A program made the translations under genes and the position numbers. From Myxococcota bacterium (GTDB lineage: Bacteria; Myxococcota_A; Polyangia; JAAYKL01): a stretch of 30,673 bases of DNA. The first letter of the stretch is position 1. Each line of letters begins with the position of its first letter. Where the stretch lies: positions 1 to 30,673 of the forward strand of contig JANQET010000278.1 in the NCBI GenBank assembly GCA_028278265.1, written 5' to 3'. The notes under the pieces were generated by a model. The model made no database searches. It saw nothing but the letters and a program-made list of their open reading frames with translations, and was not told where the DNA came from. This document shows positions 8,814 through 19,027 of the stretch, piece after piece.

Positions 8814-10166
8814 ATGACGCAACAACTCTCCATTGACCGCCGCGGCGGTCCTCGCAAAAAAAACCCGCCGGACAACGGAACCGGTGGCAAGACACCCATG
8901 GACGTGACGATAGCCCCGACGGTGATCCATCGTCCAATCGCTTCCCACCGCCTCGACAACGATGCGGTGAAAGTGGTGCAACGCCTGACCCGTCACGGAT
9001 TCGAAGCCTACTTTGTCGGAGGCTGCATTCGCGATCTGCTGATGGACCGGCAGCCCAAGGATTTCGATGTGGCCACTTCGGCGCGTCCGTCACAGATCAA
9101 GCGTCTATTTCGCAACTGCCGATTGATCGGTCGCCGATTTCGCCTGGCCCATATTCTCTTTCGCAACGACAAAGTGATCGAAGTGGCCACTTTTCGCCGC
9201 ACAGCGACCGACGGCGACGACGTCTCCAAACGCCACGCAGCGGAGAACCTCTTCGGCGACCCAGCCGATGATGCGGTACGCCGCGATTTTACGATCAATG
9301 CCCTCTTCTACGACCTCAATCGCCAGGAGGTACACGACTATGTGGGGGGGCTGCGGGATATCGAACAGTACAATCTGCGGACGATCGGCGATCCCCATCG
9401 TCGGCTGCCCGAAGACCCGGTGCGCATTATCCGCGCGGTGAAGTTTTCGAGCCTGCTCGACCTGACCATCGACCCGTTGCTGGCCGAGACAATGCGGCAA
9501 TATGCTCCGCTGATCACCTCTTGCGCGCCGGCGCGCCTCGTCGAGGAGCTGCTCAAGTTGCTCCGCTCCGGGGCCGCCACCGAATGTTTGGAGCAACTCT
9601 TCGAAGTAAATGTGCTCGTCGAATTGATGCCCAATATCGTCAAGCAAATCAACCGCACCGGTGGCCCGGCCAAGGACTGGCCGGTGCTCAGGCGATCGGA
9701 CAGTGCGATCCAGCAGGGTCAGGGGTTCTCTGATGCCGTGCTCGTCGCGGCGATGCTCTACCCGTTTTGCCGATCAGTGCTCGAGGGACCGGGGGACGTG
9801 AGCAGCAAGCTCGAGGAGACCCTCGTTCCCCTGGTCGAACCCCTGCGCTTTACCAAACGTCTGTTGGCGCGGGTTCGACAGGTGTTCATGGCCCAGCGCC
9901 GCCTCGCCGGCGGCAAGGAAACCGCTCGCATCCGGCGTATTCTCAAGCGGGACTACGCCGCCGACGCCATCGATCTGATGGAGCTCGCTGCGACCAACAA
10001 AGAACTGGCCGAACGCGCGGCCAACTGGCGCACCGCTTATTTGCGGGTGGCGGTTGAAAAAAAATCCCATCCCCTTAAAAGGAAGACCAAAAAGCGAACC
10101 GCATCGAGGCAACAACCGGATCGAGACAAGCCGCGGCGGAAGAGAAAAAGGAGCTCAGCACAATGA
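8814..10166 (+). CDS. pcnB: Poly(A) polymerase I / tRNA nucleotidyltransferase family protein (PcnB-like) with a Lys/Arg-rich C-terminal tail
   Basis: 'YFVGGCIRDLLMDRQPKDFDVAT' is the PolA head-domain GG..RD..DxD motif, and 'RDFTINALFYD' is also present. The C-terminal tail is basic (KRKTKKRTASRQQPDRDKPRRKRKR). Confidence 0.85.
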   Translation: MTQQLSIDRRGGPRKKNPPDNGTGGKTPMDVTIAPTVIHRPIASHRLDNDAVKVVQRLTRHGFEAYFVGGCIRDLLMDRQPKDFDVATSARPSQIKRLFRNCRLIGRRFRLAHILFRNDKVIEVATFRRTATDGDDVSKRHAAENLFGDPADDAVRRDFTINALFYDLNRQEVHDYVGGLRDIEQYNLRTIGDPHRRLPEDPVRIIRAVKFSSLLDLTIDPLLAETMRQYAPLITSCAPARLVEELLKLLRSGAATECLEQLFEVNVLVELMPNIVKQINRTGGPAKDWPVLRRSDSAIQQGQGFSDAVLVAAMLYPFCRSVLEGPGDVSSKLEETLVPLVEPLRFTKRLLARVRQVFMAQRRLAGGKETARIRRILKRDYAADAIDLMELAATNKELAERAANWRTAYLRVAVEKKSHPLKRKTKKRTASRQQPDRDKPRRKRKRSSAQ

Positions 10167-10903
10167 AACGACTCGAAGGCAAGACCGCCATCATCACCGG
10201 CGCCGGCGCCGGGATCGGCGAGGCCACGGCGAAATTGTTCGCCGCTCAGGGAGCCAAACTCAGTCTGTGTGATGTAGCTGAAGAGCAACTGGGCAAGGTC
10301 GTGTCGGACATTAAAGCAGAAGGCGCAGAGGTGGTTCCGGTGCGCTGCAATGTGGCCGATGAAGGCGATGTTAAAAACATGATTTCGACCACTCTAGAGG
10401 CTTTCGGCAAAATCGACATTCTGATCAACAACGCCGGAATCACGCGGGACACCCTGACGCCTCGAATGAAAGAAGAGGATTGGAACCTGGTGATCGACGT
10501 CAACTTGAAAGGGAGCTTTCTCTGCGCCAAGTACGCGCTGGCAAAGATGGAACGCGGCGGAAAAGTGGTCAATACTGCATCAATTGCCGTGTTGGGCAAC
10601 AAGGGTCAGGTCAACTACTCCGCTTCCAAAATGGGCGTGATCGGAATGACCCGCACGCTGGCACTGGAGTACGCGCGAAAGAAAATCTGCGTCAACTGCA
10701 TCGCGCCGGGGGCCATCGATACGCCGATGTTGCAGAGCGTTCCCGAGAAAATGCGCGAGGCGATGATCGGCAAAATTCCGCTCGGCCAGGCTATCGCACC
10801 GGTAGAAATCGCACGGGCCCATCTCTTCCTCAGTTCGGACGAAGCAAACTTCATTACCGGTCAGACCCTGTTTGTAGATGGGGGGATGAGCATTGGGATC
10901 TAA
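10163..10903 (+). CDS. Short-chain dehydrogenase/reductase, 3-oxoacyl-ACP reductase FabG-like
   Basis: TGAGAGIG Rossmann motif, 'NNAGITRD', catalytic 'YSASKMGVIGMTRTLALEY' and 'PGAIDTPM'. The ATGA overlaps the pcnB stop. Confidence 0.9.
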   Translation: MKRLEGKTAIITGAGAGIGEATAKLFAAQGAKLSLCDVAEEQLGKVVSDIKAEGAEVVPVRCNVADEGDVKNMISTTLEAFGKIDILINNAGITRDTLTPRMKEEDWNLVIDVNLKGSFLCAKYALAKMERGGKVVNTASIAVLGNKGQVNYSASKMGVIGMTRTLALEYARKKICVNCIAPGAIDTPMLQSVPEKMREAMIGKIPLGQAIAPVEIARAHLFLSSDEANFITGQTLFVDGGMSIGI

Positions 10904-11134
10904 GGAGTTAGTACGCGGGCTCCCCTGTTACCCAAAAAAACCGGCAAATTCTTTTTGATTGTTTCAATTGCGATTTTTTGAATTGTGTGAATTGTTTTTT
11001 TATCTTTGTTTATTCACGGTTAAAGGACTATACTTTTAGTAAGACATTGTTATTATTAAATATTAAAGCTTAATCACTGTCGTTGGGCTTGAAAGGTAAA
11101 AAGTGCGCACTCAGGTAGGAGGTTAACGGCGAAT
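10904..11134. promoter_or_regulatory. Strongly AT-rich 230-bp leader upstream of rpoN with CAATTG/GAATTG repeats; presumed promoter/regulatory region
   Basis: 'ttgattgtttcaattgcgattttttgaattgtgtgaattgttttttt...attattaaatattaaagcttaatc' is far below the local GC content. A GGAGG RBS precedes ATG 11135. Confidence 0.4.
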
Positions 11135-12568
11135 ATGGCCGGGATGGAACTCAGGCAGCAGTTGAAACTCACTCAGCAGCTGGTGATGACGCCGCAGCTG
11201 CAGCAAGCGATCAAACTGCTCCAGTTGTCCCGGGTCGAATTGGTAGACGTTCTTCGTCAGGAGCTCGAGGAGAATCCCATCCTCGAAGAGACCCAAGAAC
11301 GGCAAGCTGCCGAGGCCCCAAAGGAGCCCGAAGTCACAGAACCGACCGTTGAGATAACCTCGAAACCAACTGAAAATGAAGCGGTTTCCGGTGTTGCCGA
11401 GGTGGACTGGGAAAAGTACCTGGAAAACTATGCCAACCAAGCGCCTGCGCCGGCGTTCCGTCCGGGATCGGATGATTTGCCGTCGATCGAGGCGACATTG
11501 GGCAGCAAGACCACCCTCTCCGATCACCTGCGCTGGCAACTCAAAATGACCATCGTCGCCGACGATGAGGAGCGATTCATCGATTTGGTGATCGGCAATC
11601 TCGACGCGGACGGGTATCTCAAGGAGCCCCCCATTGAGGAGCTCGCGGCCGAAGCCGGACTCGATATCGAGGATGCCGAAGAAGTGCTCAAAATGGTTCA
11701 GCTGTTCGATCCCATCGGTGTGGCGTCGCGGGATCTGCGGGAGTGTCTCCTGGCCCAGGTCGAAGCCCTCGAGCTGGACATTGATGTGCACAACATCATT
11801 GATCGCCATCTTCACAATCTGGAAAAACGGAACTACCAAGCAATCGCTCGAGATTTGGGATTGGAGCTGGAGGATGTCTACGAGGCGGTGAAAATTGTCG
11901 CCGGTCTCGAGCCGCGTCCGGCGCGCAACTTCATCGTGGAGGAGCCGCGCTACATCACTCCCGATGTGTACATTCACAAGGTCGGGGATCGGTATTTCGT
12001 CGTGGCCAATGACGATGGGATGCCGCGGTTGAAAATCTCAAACTTCTTCCGCAACGCAATGGACGCCAACCCCGAAGCCCGCGAGTACGTGCAGAACAAG
12101 CTCCGCTCGGCCCAGTGGCTGATTCGCTCGATCGACCAACGGCGCCGAACGATCGTCAAAGTCACCGAATGTCTGGTGGAGAAGCAACGGGACTTCTTCG
12201 AAAAAGGTGTCAACCACTTAAAACCAATGATTCTGCGGGATGTGGCCGAGGCGGTCAGCATGCACGAGTCGACGATTAGTCGCGTGACGACCAACAAATA
12301 CGTGCACACACCCCAAGGAATCTTTGAGCTGAAATACTTTTTCAATTCTTCCATTCGCCGCACCAGCGAAGATGACATCGCGTCAGAAAGTGTCAAAAAC
12401 CAAATTCGAGCCATCATCAATGCCGAAGATCGGCGGCATCCCCTCAGCGATCAGAAAATTGTTGAGACGCTCCGGCAAAAAGGCATTGTAATTGCCAGAA
12501 GGACAGTGGCGAAATATCGAGAAATGCTCGGTATTTTATCTTCGTCAAAACGCAAGAAGTACTTTTGA
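11135..12568 (+). CDS. rpoN: RNA polymerase sigma-54 factor
   Basis: The Gln/Leu-rich region I (LKLTQQLVMTPQLQQAIKLLQLS), an acidic linker, an HTH and the RpoN box 'ARRTVAKYRE' near the C-terminus. Confidence 0.95.
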   Translation: MAGMELRQQLKLTQQLVMTPQLQQAIKLLQLSRVELVDVLRQELEENPILEETQERQAAEAPKEPEVTEPTVEITSKPTENEAVSGVAEVDWEKYLENYANQAPAPAFRPGSDDLPSIEATLGSKTTLSDHLRWQLKMTIVADDEERFIDLVIGNLDADGYLKEPPIEELAAEAGLDIEDAEEVLKMVQLFDPIGVASRDLRECLLAQVEALELDIDVHNIIDRHLHNLEKRNYQAIARDLGLELEDVYEAVKIVAGLEPRPARNFIVEEPRYITPDVYIHKVGDRYFVVANDDGMPRLKISNFFRNAMDANPEAREYVQNKLRSAQWLIRSIDQRRRTIVKVTECLVEKQRDFFEKGVNHLKPMILRDVAEAVSMHESTISRVTTNKYVHTPQGIFELKYFFNSSIRRTSEDDIASESVKNQIRAIINAEDRRHPLSDQKIVETLRQKGIVIARRTVAKYREMLGILSSSKRKKYF

Positions 12569-12697
12569 GGAGAACACAGGTTGCCAGTCAAAACCGTGTT
12601 GTTGAACCTTAATTCTTATTCAGATCGAGTTGGAAGGCCTATTAAGGCGGTGGGTCGGTAGGCCCCAAAAGGTGGTTATCACCAGGGAGGTAAATCC

Positions 12698-13000
12698 ATG
12701 CAAATTTCATTGACGTTCCGCCACATGGAACCCACAGAAGCAATGAAAGAGCTGGTCCGGGAAAAAGTGTCCAAGGTGAAAAAATTTATCCAAGGACCTG
12801 TGGAAGCCAATGTTGTTCTCTCTGTCGAACGATATATTCACGCTTGCGACATCACGATCATTTCGAACGGAAACACCTACAAAGGTCATGATGAAACCGA
12901 CGACATGTATACGTCTATAGATAACGTCATTGGCAAAATCGAAAGACAAATCGACAAGACCAAGGGGAGGGCTCGCGCCAGCCGGACGACGATTTCTTAA
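12698..13000 (+). CDS. hpf: Ribosome hibernation promoting factor / sigma-54 modulation protein (short HPF/YfiA type)
   Basis: 100 aa; 'MQISLTFRHMEPTEAMKELVREKVSKVKKF' is the classic HPF N-terminus. Its position directly after rpoN is canonical. Confidence 0.9.
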   Translation: MQISLTFRHMEPTEAMKELVREKVSKVKKFIQGPVEANVVLSVERYIHACDITIISNGNTYKGHDETDDMYTSIDNVIGKIERQIDKTKGRARASRTTIS

Positions 13001-13102
13001 ATACACTCGATTCGGATCGGTCGCTCCCGTGCGGACGCGGCCGATAGAACGTGAGTATCTTTACCCGCAGCTGGCGAGCTGCATCGAGGACTATACCTAA
13101 TC

Positions 13103-13564
13103 ATGAAATTAGTGGATATCTTACCTCTAGAATCGATCCGCATCGATCTTAAATCGACCGGCAAATCGGCAGTTCTCACTGAACTGAGCCAAATGCTCGC
13201 CAATGGTCATCAGGAACTGAATGTCGATACCGTGAGCAAAATTCTCGCTGATCGCGAACAGTTGGCCACCACCGGCATTGGTGATGGGGTCGCCATACCC
13301 CACGGCAAGCAGGACGGGTTGGGGGCCATCTGTGTCGCCGTGGGCATCGCCAAAGCTGGCGTTCCCTTTGACGCCGTCGACGGACAACCCGTGTCGATCT
13401 TCATCGCTCTGCTCGCCCCGTTGAGCGCGAGCGGAGATCACCTGCGCGCCCTGGCCAGAATCTCCCGCTTGCTTAAAGACACAGTGGTGCGGGGTCGGCT
13501 ACTGGAAGCCCGAACCGAGAAAGACGTCTACGACATCATTTGCGAGGAAGACGGAAAGTACTAA
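13103..13564 (+). CDS. ptsN: PTS IIA-Ntr (fructose-type EIIA, PtsN)
   Basis: 'TGIGDGVAIPHGK' carries the active-site His of fructose/Ntr-type EIIA. The rpoN-hpf-ptsN order is conserved. Confidence 0.85.
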   Translation: MKLVDILPLESIRIDLKSTGKSAVLTELSQMLANGHQELNVDTVSKILADREQLATTGIGDGVAIPHGKQDGLGAICVAVGIAKAGVPFDAVDGQPVSIFIALLAPLSASGDHLRALARISRLLKDTVVRGRLLEARTEKDVYDIICEEDGKY

Positions 13565-13567
13565 CCA

Positions 13568-14560
<993 letters not shown>

Positions 14561-14640
14561 CGCTCGCCTCGTCAACCAGCAGTGAGCTTGCGAAAAGCGG
14601 TCGCGATATCAACGGTTAAAACTGACAAAGAGGGGCGCAG

Positions 14641-15057
14641 ATGATCGGTATAGTGATGTGCTGTCACGGCAACATGGGCGAGGGGATGAAACACGCGGCG
14701 GAGATGATCGTTCCGATTGGCGAACAATTGGCGGTCGTCAGCGTTCAACCGGGCGACAGTGGAGAACGGATCCTGGCCGCCTTGAAAAAAGCGATCGCCG
14801 CCACAGATACCGGGGACGGCAGCCTCATTCTCACCGATATGTTCGGAGGAACACCCACCAACATCAGCTGTGCCCTATTGAAAAACGCCAATGTGGAGAT
14901 CGTGACCGGGTTCAGCCTTCCTGTGCTGATCAAAGCGCTGGAGCTGCGCGCCGAGACGACAGATCTCAGTTCGATGGCCAAGACGGCAAGCGAGTACGGC
15001 AAGCGCTACATTCTCATCGCCGGTGAGTTGCTTAAAAAGGGAGAGAGTGGAAAATAG
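14641..15057 (+). CDS. PTS mannose/fructose/sorbose-family EIIA component
   Basis: N-terminal 'MIGIVMCCHGNMGEG' has the conserved His about position 9-10 of EIIA-Man; about 138 aa. Confidence 0.8.
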   Translation: MIGIVMCCHGNMGEGMKHAAEMIVPIGEQLAVVSVQPGDSGERILAALKKAIAATDTGDGSLILTDMFGGTPTNISCALLKNANVEIVTGFSLPVLIKALELRAETTDLSSMAKTASEYGKRYILIAGELLKKGESGK

Positions 15058-15110
15058 CACCCATGGTATCGACAGGAATTAAAATACTCCGCGCGCACAA
15101 GGGAACGAGA

Positions 15111-15605
15111 ATGGATGAGCAGTTACATGTTCGGATTGACAACCGATTGCTGCACGGGCAGGTGGTTCAATTCTGGATTCCCCATCTGGAGATAACGCGA
15201 CTGGTGGTGGCCGACGATCATGTGGCGACCAACGAAGCGTTGTTGGCCATCTACAGCATGGCCGTCCCCCGAGGCGTTCAGTTGGAAGTGGTTCCGGTCA
15301 ACCGCCTGGCCGCTGCAGTGGCACAACAAGATGTGATGACCACGATGATCCTCTTGTGCAACATCGAGGATGCGGTACGAGCGACCTCTCACGGAATGCG
15401 TTTCGAACGACTGACCCTGGGCAACGTCCACGCGGCGAGCAATCGCACCCGCATCACCGATTCGGTGTACCTGTCCGATCAGGAAATGAAGACGTTGGCC
15501 GAGTTCAATCGAAACGGTATTCGCGTAGAGATTCAGACGTTTCCCAATGAGGTGTTATCACTCAAGGCTGATCCGCGAGGAGAGCTTCAGTGGTCGAGAC
15601 CGTAA
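15111..15605 (+). CDS. PTS mannose-family EIIB component (an alternative upstream start at 15063 is possible)
   Basis: 'RIDNRLLHGQVV' is the EIIB-Man phospho-His motif (RIDxRLIHGQV). Family proteins start a few residues before this motif, which favours ATG 15111 over 15063. Confidence 0.75.
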   Translation: MDEQLHVRIDNRLLHGQVVQFWIPHLEITRLVVADDHVATNEALLAIYSMAVPRGVQLEVVPVNRLAAAVAQQDVMTTMILLCNIEDAVRATSHGMRFERLTLGNVHAASNRTRITDSVYLSDQEMKTLAEFNRNGIRVEIQTFPNEVLSLKADPRGELQWSRP

Positions 15606-16270
15606 TCTGGATTGCCATCGTCGTCCTCACCGGCAGTGTTCTCGTGCTCGAACGCCATTGCCTGGGCCAGATGGCGATTGTCCAACCCCTGACCACATGC
15701 TTGGTCGCGGGATTGGTGGCGGACAATGTGGAGACCGGCTGTTGGATCGGTATTTCGCTACAGCTCTTTGCAACCCTCTCCGGCCAGCGGGCGGATTGGG
15801 CAATCGCCGGCGTCATCGCGGCCGCTTCACTGGTCATCGCTCCCAAGATCGGCTTGCCACCACTGCCCGTCGGCGGCGTGAGTTGTCTGGTGATCGCCTT
15901 GGCCATCGGTACCGGCATCGGCGCCCGGTTCATCGAGCGACGGTTTGCCAAGTCCGATGGAGAGCGGCTACGCCGGGCCTCTCCGTGGACACAGGATAAC
16001 CCGGCCACCGAGCTGGCCGCACTGGTCCATCGGTCCATCATTCGTTGGCTGGCCATGGGGGTGGTGGAGGTCACGGTTGGCGTGGGTGTAGCCATGGTCG
16101 TCCTGTTCGGTGTGGAGCGTCTGTTCGGCGTGCCGGCTTCACGGGGAACGGTGGGCGCGATTGTCGTGCCGGCGGTGGGGGTGGCGGTGATGATCACCTC
16201 ATTGGCCCGTTACCGGTATATCGCCTGGGCAGGGCTGACGATGGTGTTGACCTGGATTGTGTTTCTATGA
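15590..16270 (+). CDS. PTS mannose-family EIIC permease component
   Basis: Polytopic membrane protein. The N-terminus aligns by eye with ManY (ITTLQIVLVFIV...GLVLGDMKTGIIIG versus VIWIAIVVLTG...GLVADNVETGCWIG). GTG 15590 has a GAGGAG RBS 7 nt upstream and overlaps the EIIB end. Confidence 0.8.
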   Translation: MVETVIWIAIVVLTGSVLVLERHCLGQMAIVQPLTTCLVAGLVADNVETGCWIGISLQLFATLSGQRADWAIAGVIAAASLVIAPKIGLPPLPVGGVSCLVIALAIGTGIGARFIERRFAKSDGERLRRASPWTQDNPATELAALVHRSIIRWLAMGVVEVTVGVGVAMVVLFGVERLFGVPASRGTVGAIVVPAVGVAVMITSLARYRYIAWAGLTMVLTWIVFL

Positions 16271-17004
16271 GCGATGTTCGCAAAAGGGAGCTGTTACAAG
16301 TCAGCCTGCGGCTGGGATTGCTGCAGAGCACCTGGTGTGACGGTGTGATGCAATCGGTGGGGCTGGCCCATTGCATGGTCCCGGCGCTCAAGCGACTCTA
16401 TCCCACAGACAGTGAATTCAAACTTGCGGTACAACGCTACAAGGAACCGTTCAATACCCATCCCTTTGTGGCCAGTATCGTCGCCGGGGCGGCGATTCGC
16501 CTCGAAGCGGAACGACACCCAGAGGCGGTGATCGGAACATTCATTCGCAGCACGATGGGCCCGCTGGCCGCTCTCGGCGATCCCTTCTTTCGCGGTGCGT
16601 TGGTACCGCTGACCGCGGTTGTCGCCTCGTTTGCCGCGATTGTCGGTGGACCAATCGCGGGAATTTTGACATTATTGCTGGTGTTCAACACAGTGCATTT
16701 TGCCGTGCGGTTCGGCGGCGTTCTGATCGGATTTCACGAAGGAACCGAAGTGCTGTCCCGCGCTGCACGTTGGCTCAGCCCGACCCGTACGTCGGTGCTC
16801 AAAAAGCTCGCCGCCGCCGGTGCAGGAGTGATTCTGACCTGGGAGGTGGCGACCTTTGGCGACGTCAGCCATTTGTGGACAATCGTCGCCGTTGGGCTGT
16901 CTGGATTGCTGGCCGCGATCTTTTTGCGGTTCTGGCAATCATCGTGGGCTTTCATTGTACTCGTGTTGTTGGTAGCAGGATTGGCATTAGAGGTACTTTT
17001 ATGA
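16267..17004 (+). CDS. PTS mannose-family EIID permease component
   Basis: ATG 16267 overlaps the EIIC stop (ATGA). 'LLQSTWCDGVMQSVGLAHCMVPALKRLYPTDSEFKLAVQRYKEPFNTHPF' matches the EIID N-terminal signature (wNyErmQ...P.L..ly..d.e...al.rH.eFFNThP). The six-frame track's 16045 start belongs to an out-of-context extension. Confidence 0.8.
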   Translation: MSDVRKRELLQVSLRLGLLQSTWCDGVMQSVGLAHCMVPALKRLYPTDSEFKLAVQRYKEPFNTHPFVASIVAGAAIRLEAERHPEAVIGTFIRSTMGPLAALGDPFFRGALVPLTAVVASFAAIVGGPIAGILTLLLVFNTVHFAVRFGGVLIGFHEGTEVLSRAARWLSPTRTSVLKKLAAAGAGVILTWEVATFGDVSHLWTIVAVGLSGLLAAIFLRFWQSSWAFIVLVLLVAGLALEVLL

Positions 17005-17279
17005 CCCAAATGAGTGAAGTGACGCTCACGATCGTCAACGAGTTGGGCCTACATGCGCGGGCGGCAACCCTGTTCGTGCAGACCGCTTCCCAGTACGAGG
17101 CGGATGTGTTCGTGTCAAAAGATGGCCAGGAGGTCAACGGTAAGAGCATCTTGGGCATCCTGACCTTGATCGCGATCAAGGATTCCCAGATTGCCATTCG
17201 AGCCGAGGGACCAGGGGCTGAGCAGGCGATTGAAGCGCTGGAACAGCTGGTCGCCCAGCGGTTTGGTGAGGAGCGTTAA
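17001..17279 (+). CDS. ptsH: Phosphocarrier protein HPr
   Basis: 92 aa. 'NELGLHARAA' is the His15 site. 'GKSILGILTL' may be the HprK-target Ser region. It starts at an ATGA overlapping the EIID stop. Confidence 0.9.
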   Translation: MTQMSEVTLTIVNELGLHARAATLFVQTASQYEADVFVSKDGQEVNGKSILGILTLIAIKDSQIAIRAEGPGAEQAIEALEQLVAQRFGEER

Positions 17280-19027
17280 TGAGAACAGTTCGCAGACGGG
17301 GTATTGCCGCCTCTCCGGGCATCGCCATCGGCACCGCCCGGGTGGTCGATCGGCAGAAGATCAAGATACCCAAGATGCGCCTGTCCGCTGAGGACATCGA
17401 GCCCGAAGTCAACCGCTTGATGACCGCCATCGACGAGTCCCGCCGCCAACTCGAGTCGGCTAAGACGGCGATCTTCAACACCAGAGAACCCCACCGGGAC
17501 CATTCGCTGATCCTCGAGGCCCACCTGTTGATGCTCGAAGACGAATTGCTCGTCAAGGGGACCGTATCGCTGATCGGTGACGAGTTGATCAATGCCGAGT
17601 GGGCACTGGTACAAAAAATTGACGAGATCAAACAGATTCTGGCCGATCTGGGAGACGACTATTTCAAGGAACGCGCTCAGGACGTGGATTTCGTGGGCAA
17701 CCGGGTATTGCGCAACCTGCTCGGTCATGTCACCGAAATCATCGATGCCCAGGGGGAACCCTGCATCATCATCGCCGAAAACCTCTCCCCGGTAGAGACC
17801 ACCCAGCTGATTGAGACGCCGGTGCTCGGCTTTGCCACTGAGGTAGGGACGCGCACGAGCCACACAGCGATTATGGCACAAGCACTGGGTATCCCAGCTG
17901 TAGTGGGAGTAGAGCGCCTGGCCGAACGGATCAAGGCCGGCGATACCGTGATTGTCGACGGCAGTCACGGTGAGGTGATTATCCGCCCCGATGACGAGAC
18001 GATCGACGACTACAGCTCCCAAGCGACCGCCTACGAGGAGCTCGAGAAACGGTTGTACGCCTCCCGCGAGGAACCGGCCGTCACCACCGACGGCGTGGAG
18101 CTGAGCCTGCTGGCCAATATCGAGTTTCCCGGTGAGGCGGTGATGGCGATCGACTATGGCGCCGAAGGCATTGGCCTGTATCGAACCGAGTTTCTCTACC
18201 TGGATCGGCGGGAACTGCCCACCGAGGAAGAACAGTGCCGCATTTACAATACGGTGATTAAAACCCTCGCCCCGCGGACCGTGGTCTTTCGCACCTTCGA
18301 TCTCGGCGCGGACAAGCTGCCCACCCAAGCGGGCGGCAGAAACGCGGAGTCCGCCCTGGGGCTGCGGGCGATTCGCTTCGGCTTGAAGAACCGCACCATC
18401 TTCAAAACCCAGCTCAAGGCCCTGCTAAGAGGGGCCCGAGACGCCACATTGCACATCATGTTTCCGATGATCAGCGGCGTCGGCGAGTTGCGTCAGGTCA
18501 AAAGCCTGCTCAACCAAGCTGCCCAGGAGCTCGGTGACGAAGTGCCGAGCGAGGTCCGCGTCGGCTGTATGATCGAGCTTCCCTCGGCGATCTTCGTCGC
18601 CGATATGTTGGCCAAGGAGGTGGACTTCTTCTCCATCGGCACCAACGATTTGATTCAGTATTCCCTGGCCATCGATCGGGGCAACGACTCGGTGGCCTAT
18701 CTCTATACACCGTTTCACCCGTCTGTGCTGCGGGCGATCGACACGACGATCAAGGCGGCCAACCACGCCAACATTCCGGTGAGCATGTGCGGTGGAATGG
18801 CCTCGGAGCCGCTGCTGGTTCCGTTGCTGGTCGGGCTGGGGCTGCGCACCTTGTCGATGGCCCCCGGCTCGATCCCCATGGTGCGATCGATTATTCGCCA
18901 CATCAGCAGCGAGGAGGCGGAGGCGCTGACCCGGCAATCCCTGGAGATGGCCACTGCAACTGAAATCGAGCGGTTGATCTCCGACTACATGGATCAGAAG
19001 GTCGGGCTGGATTTTCAGTTGCTCTAA
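17279..19027 (+). CDS. ptsI: Phosphoenolpyruvate-protein phosphotransferase (PTS Enzyme I)
   Basis: 'GTRTSHTAIMAQALGIPAVVG' is the phospho-His domain, 'IGTNDLIQYSLAIDR' belongs to the PEP-utilising TIM barrel, and 'PVSMCGGMASEP' carries the Cys. The ATG overlaps the ptsH stop (TAATGA). Confidence 0.95.
   Translation: MRTVRRRGIAASPGIAIGTARVVDRQKIKIPKMRLSAEDIEPEVNRLMTAIDESRRQLESAKTAIFNTREPHRDHSLILEAHLLMLEDELLVKGTVSLIGDELINAEWALVQKIDEIKQILADLGDDYFKERAQDVDFVGNRVLRNLLGHVTEIIDAQGEPCIIIAENLSPVETTQLIETPVLGFATEVGTRTSHTAIMAQALGIPAVVGVERLAERIKAGDTVIVDGSHGEVIIRPDDETIDDYSSQATAYEELEKRLYASREEPAVTTDGVELSLLANIEFPGEAVMAIDYGAEGIGLYRTEFLYLDRRELPTEEEQCRIYNTVIKTLAPRTVVFRTFDLGADKLPTQAGGRNAESALGLRAIRFGLKNRTIFKTQLKALLRGARDATLHIMFPMISGVGELRQVKSLLNQAAQELGDEVPSEVRVGCMIELPSAIFVADMLAKEVDFFSIGTNDLIQYSLAIDRGNDSVAYLYTPFHPSVLRAIDTTIKAANHANIPVSMCGGMASEPLLVPLLVGLGLRTLSMAPGSIPMVRSIIRHISSEEAEALTRQSLEMATATEIERLISDYMDQKVGLDFQLL

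Noticed and set aside
11123-11977. 284-aa minus-strand ORF
   Set aside because: Antisense to rpoN. No start context. Shadow ORF.
13067-13082. Palindrome GCAGCTGGCGAGCTGC between hpf and ptsN as an intrinsic terminator
   Set aside because: 6-bp stem with a 4-nt loop but no downstream U-run; more likely incidental or a weak attenuator. Not reported as a terminator.
17276-18328. 350-aa minus-strand ORF
   Set aside because: Antisense to ptsI. Shadow ORF.
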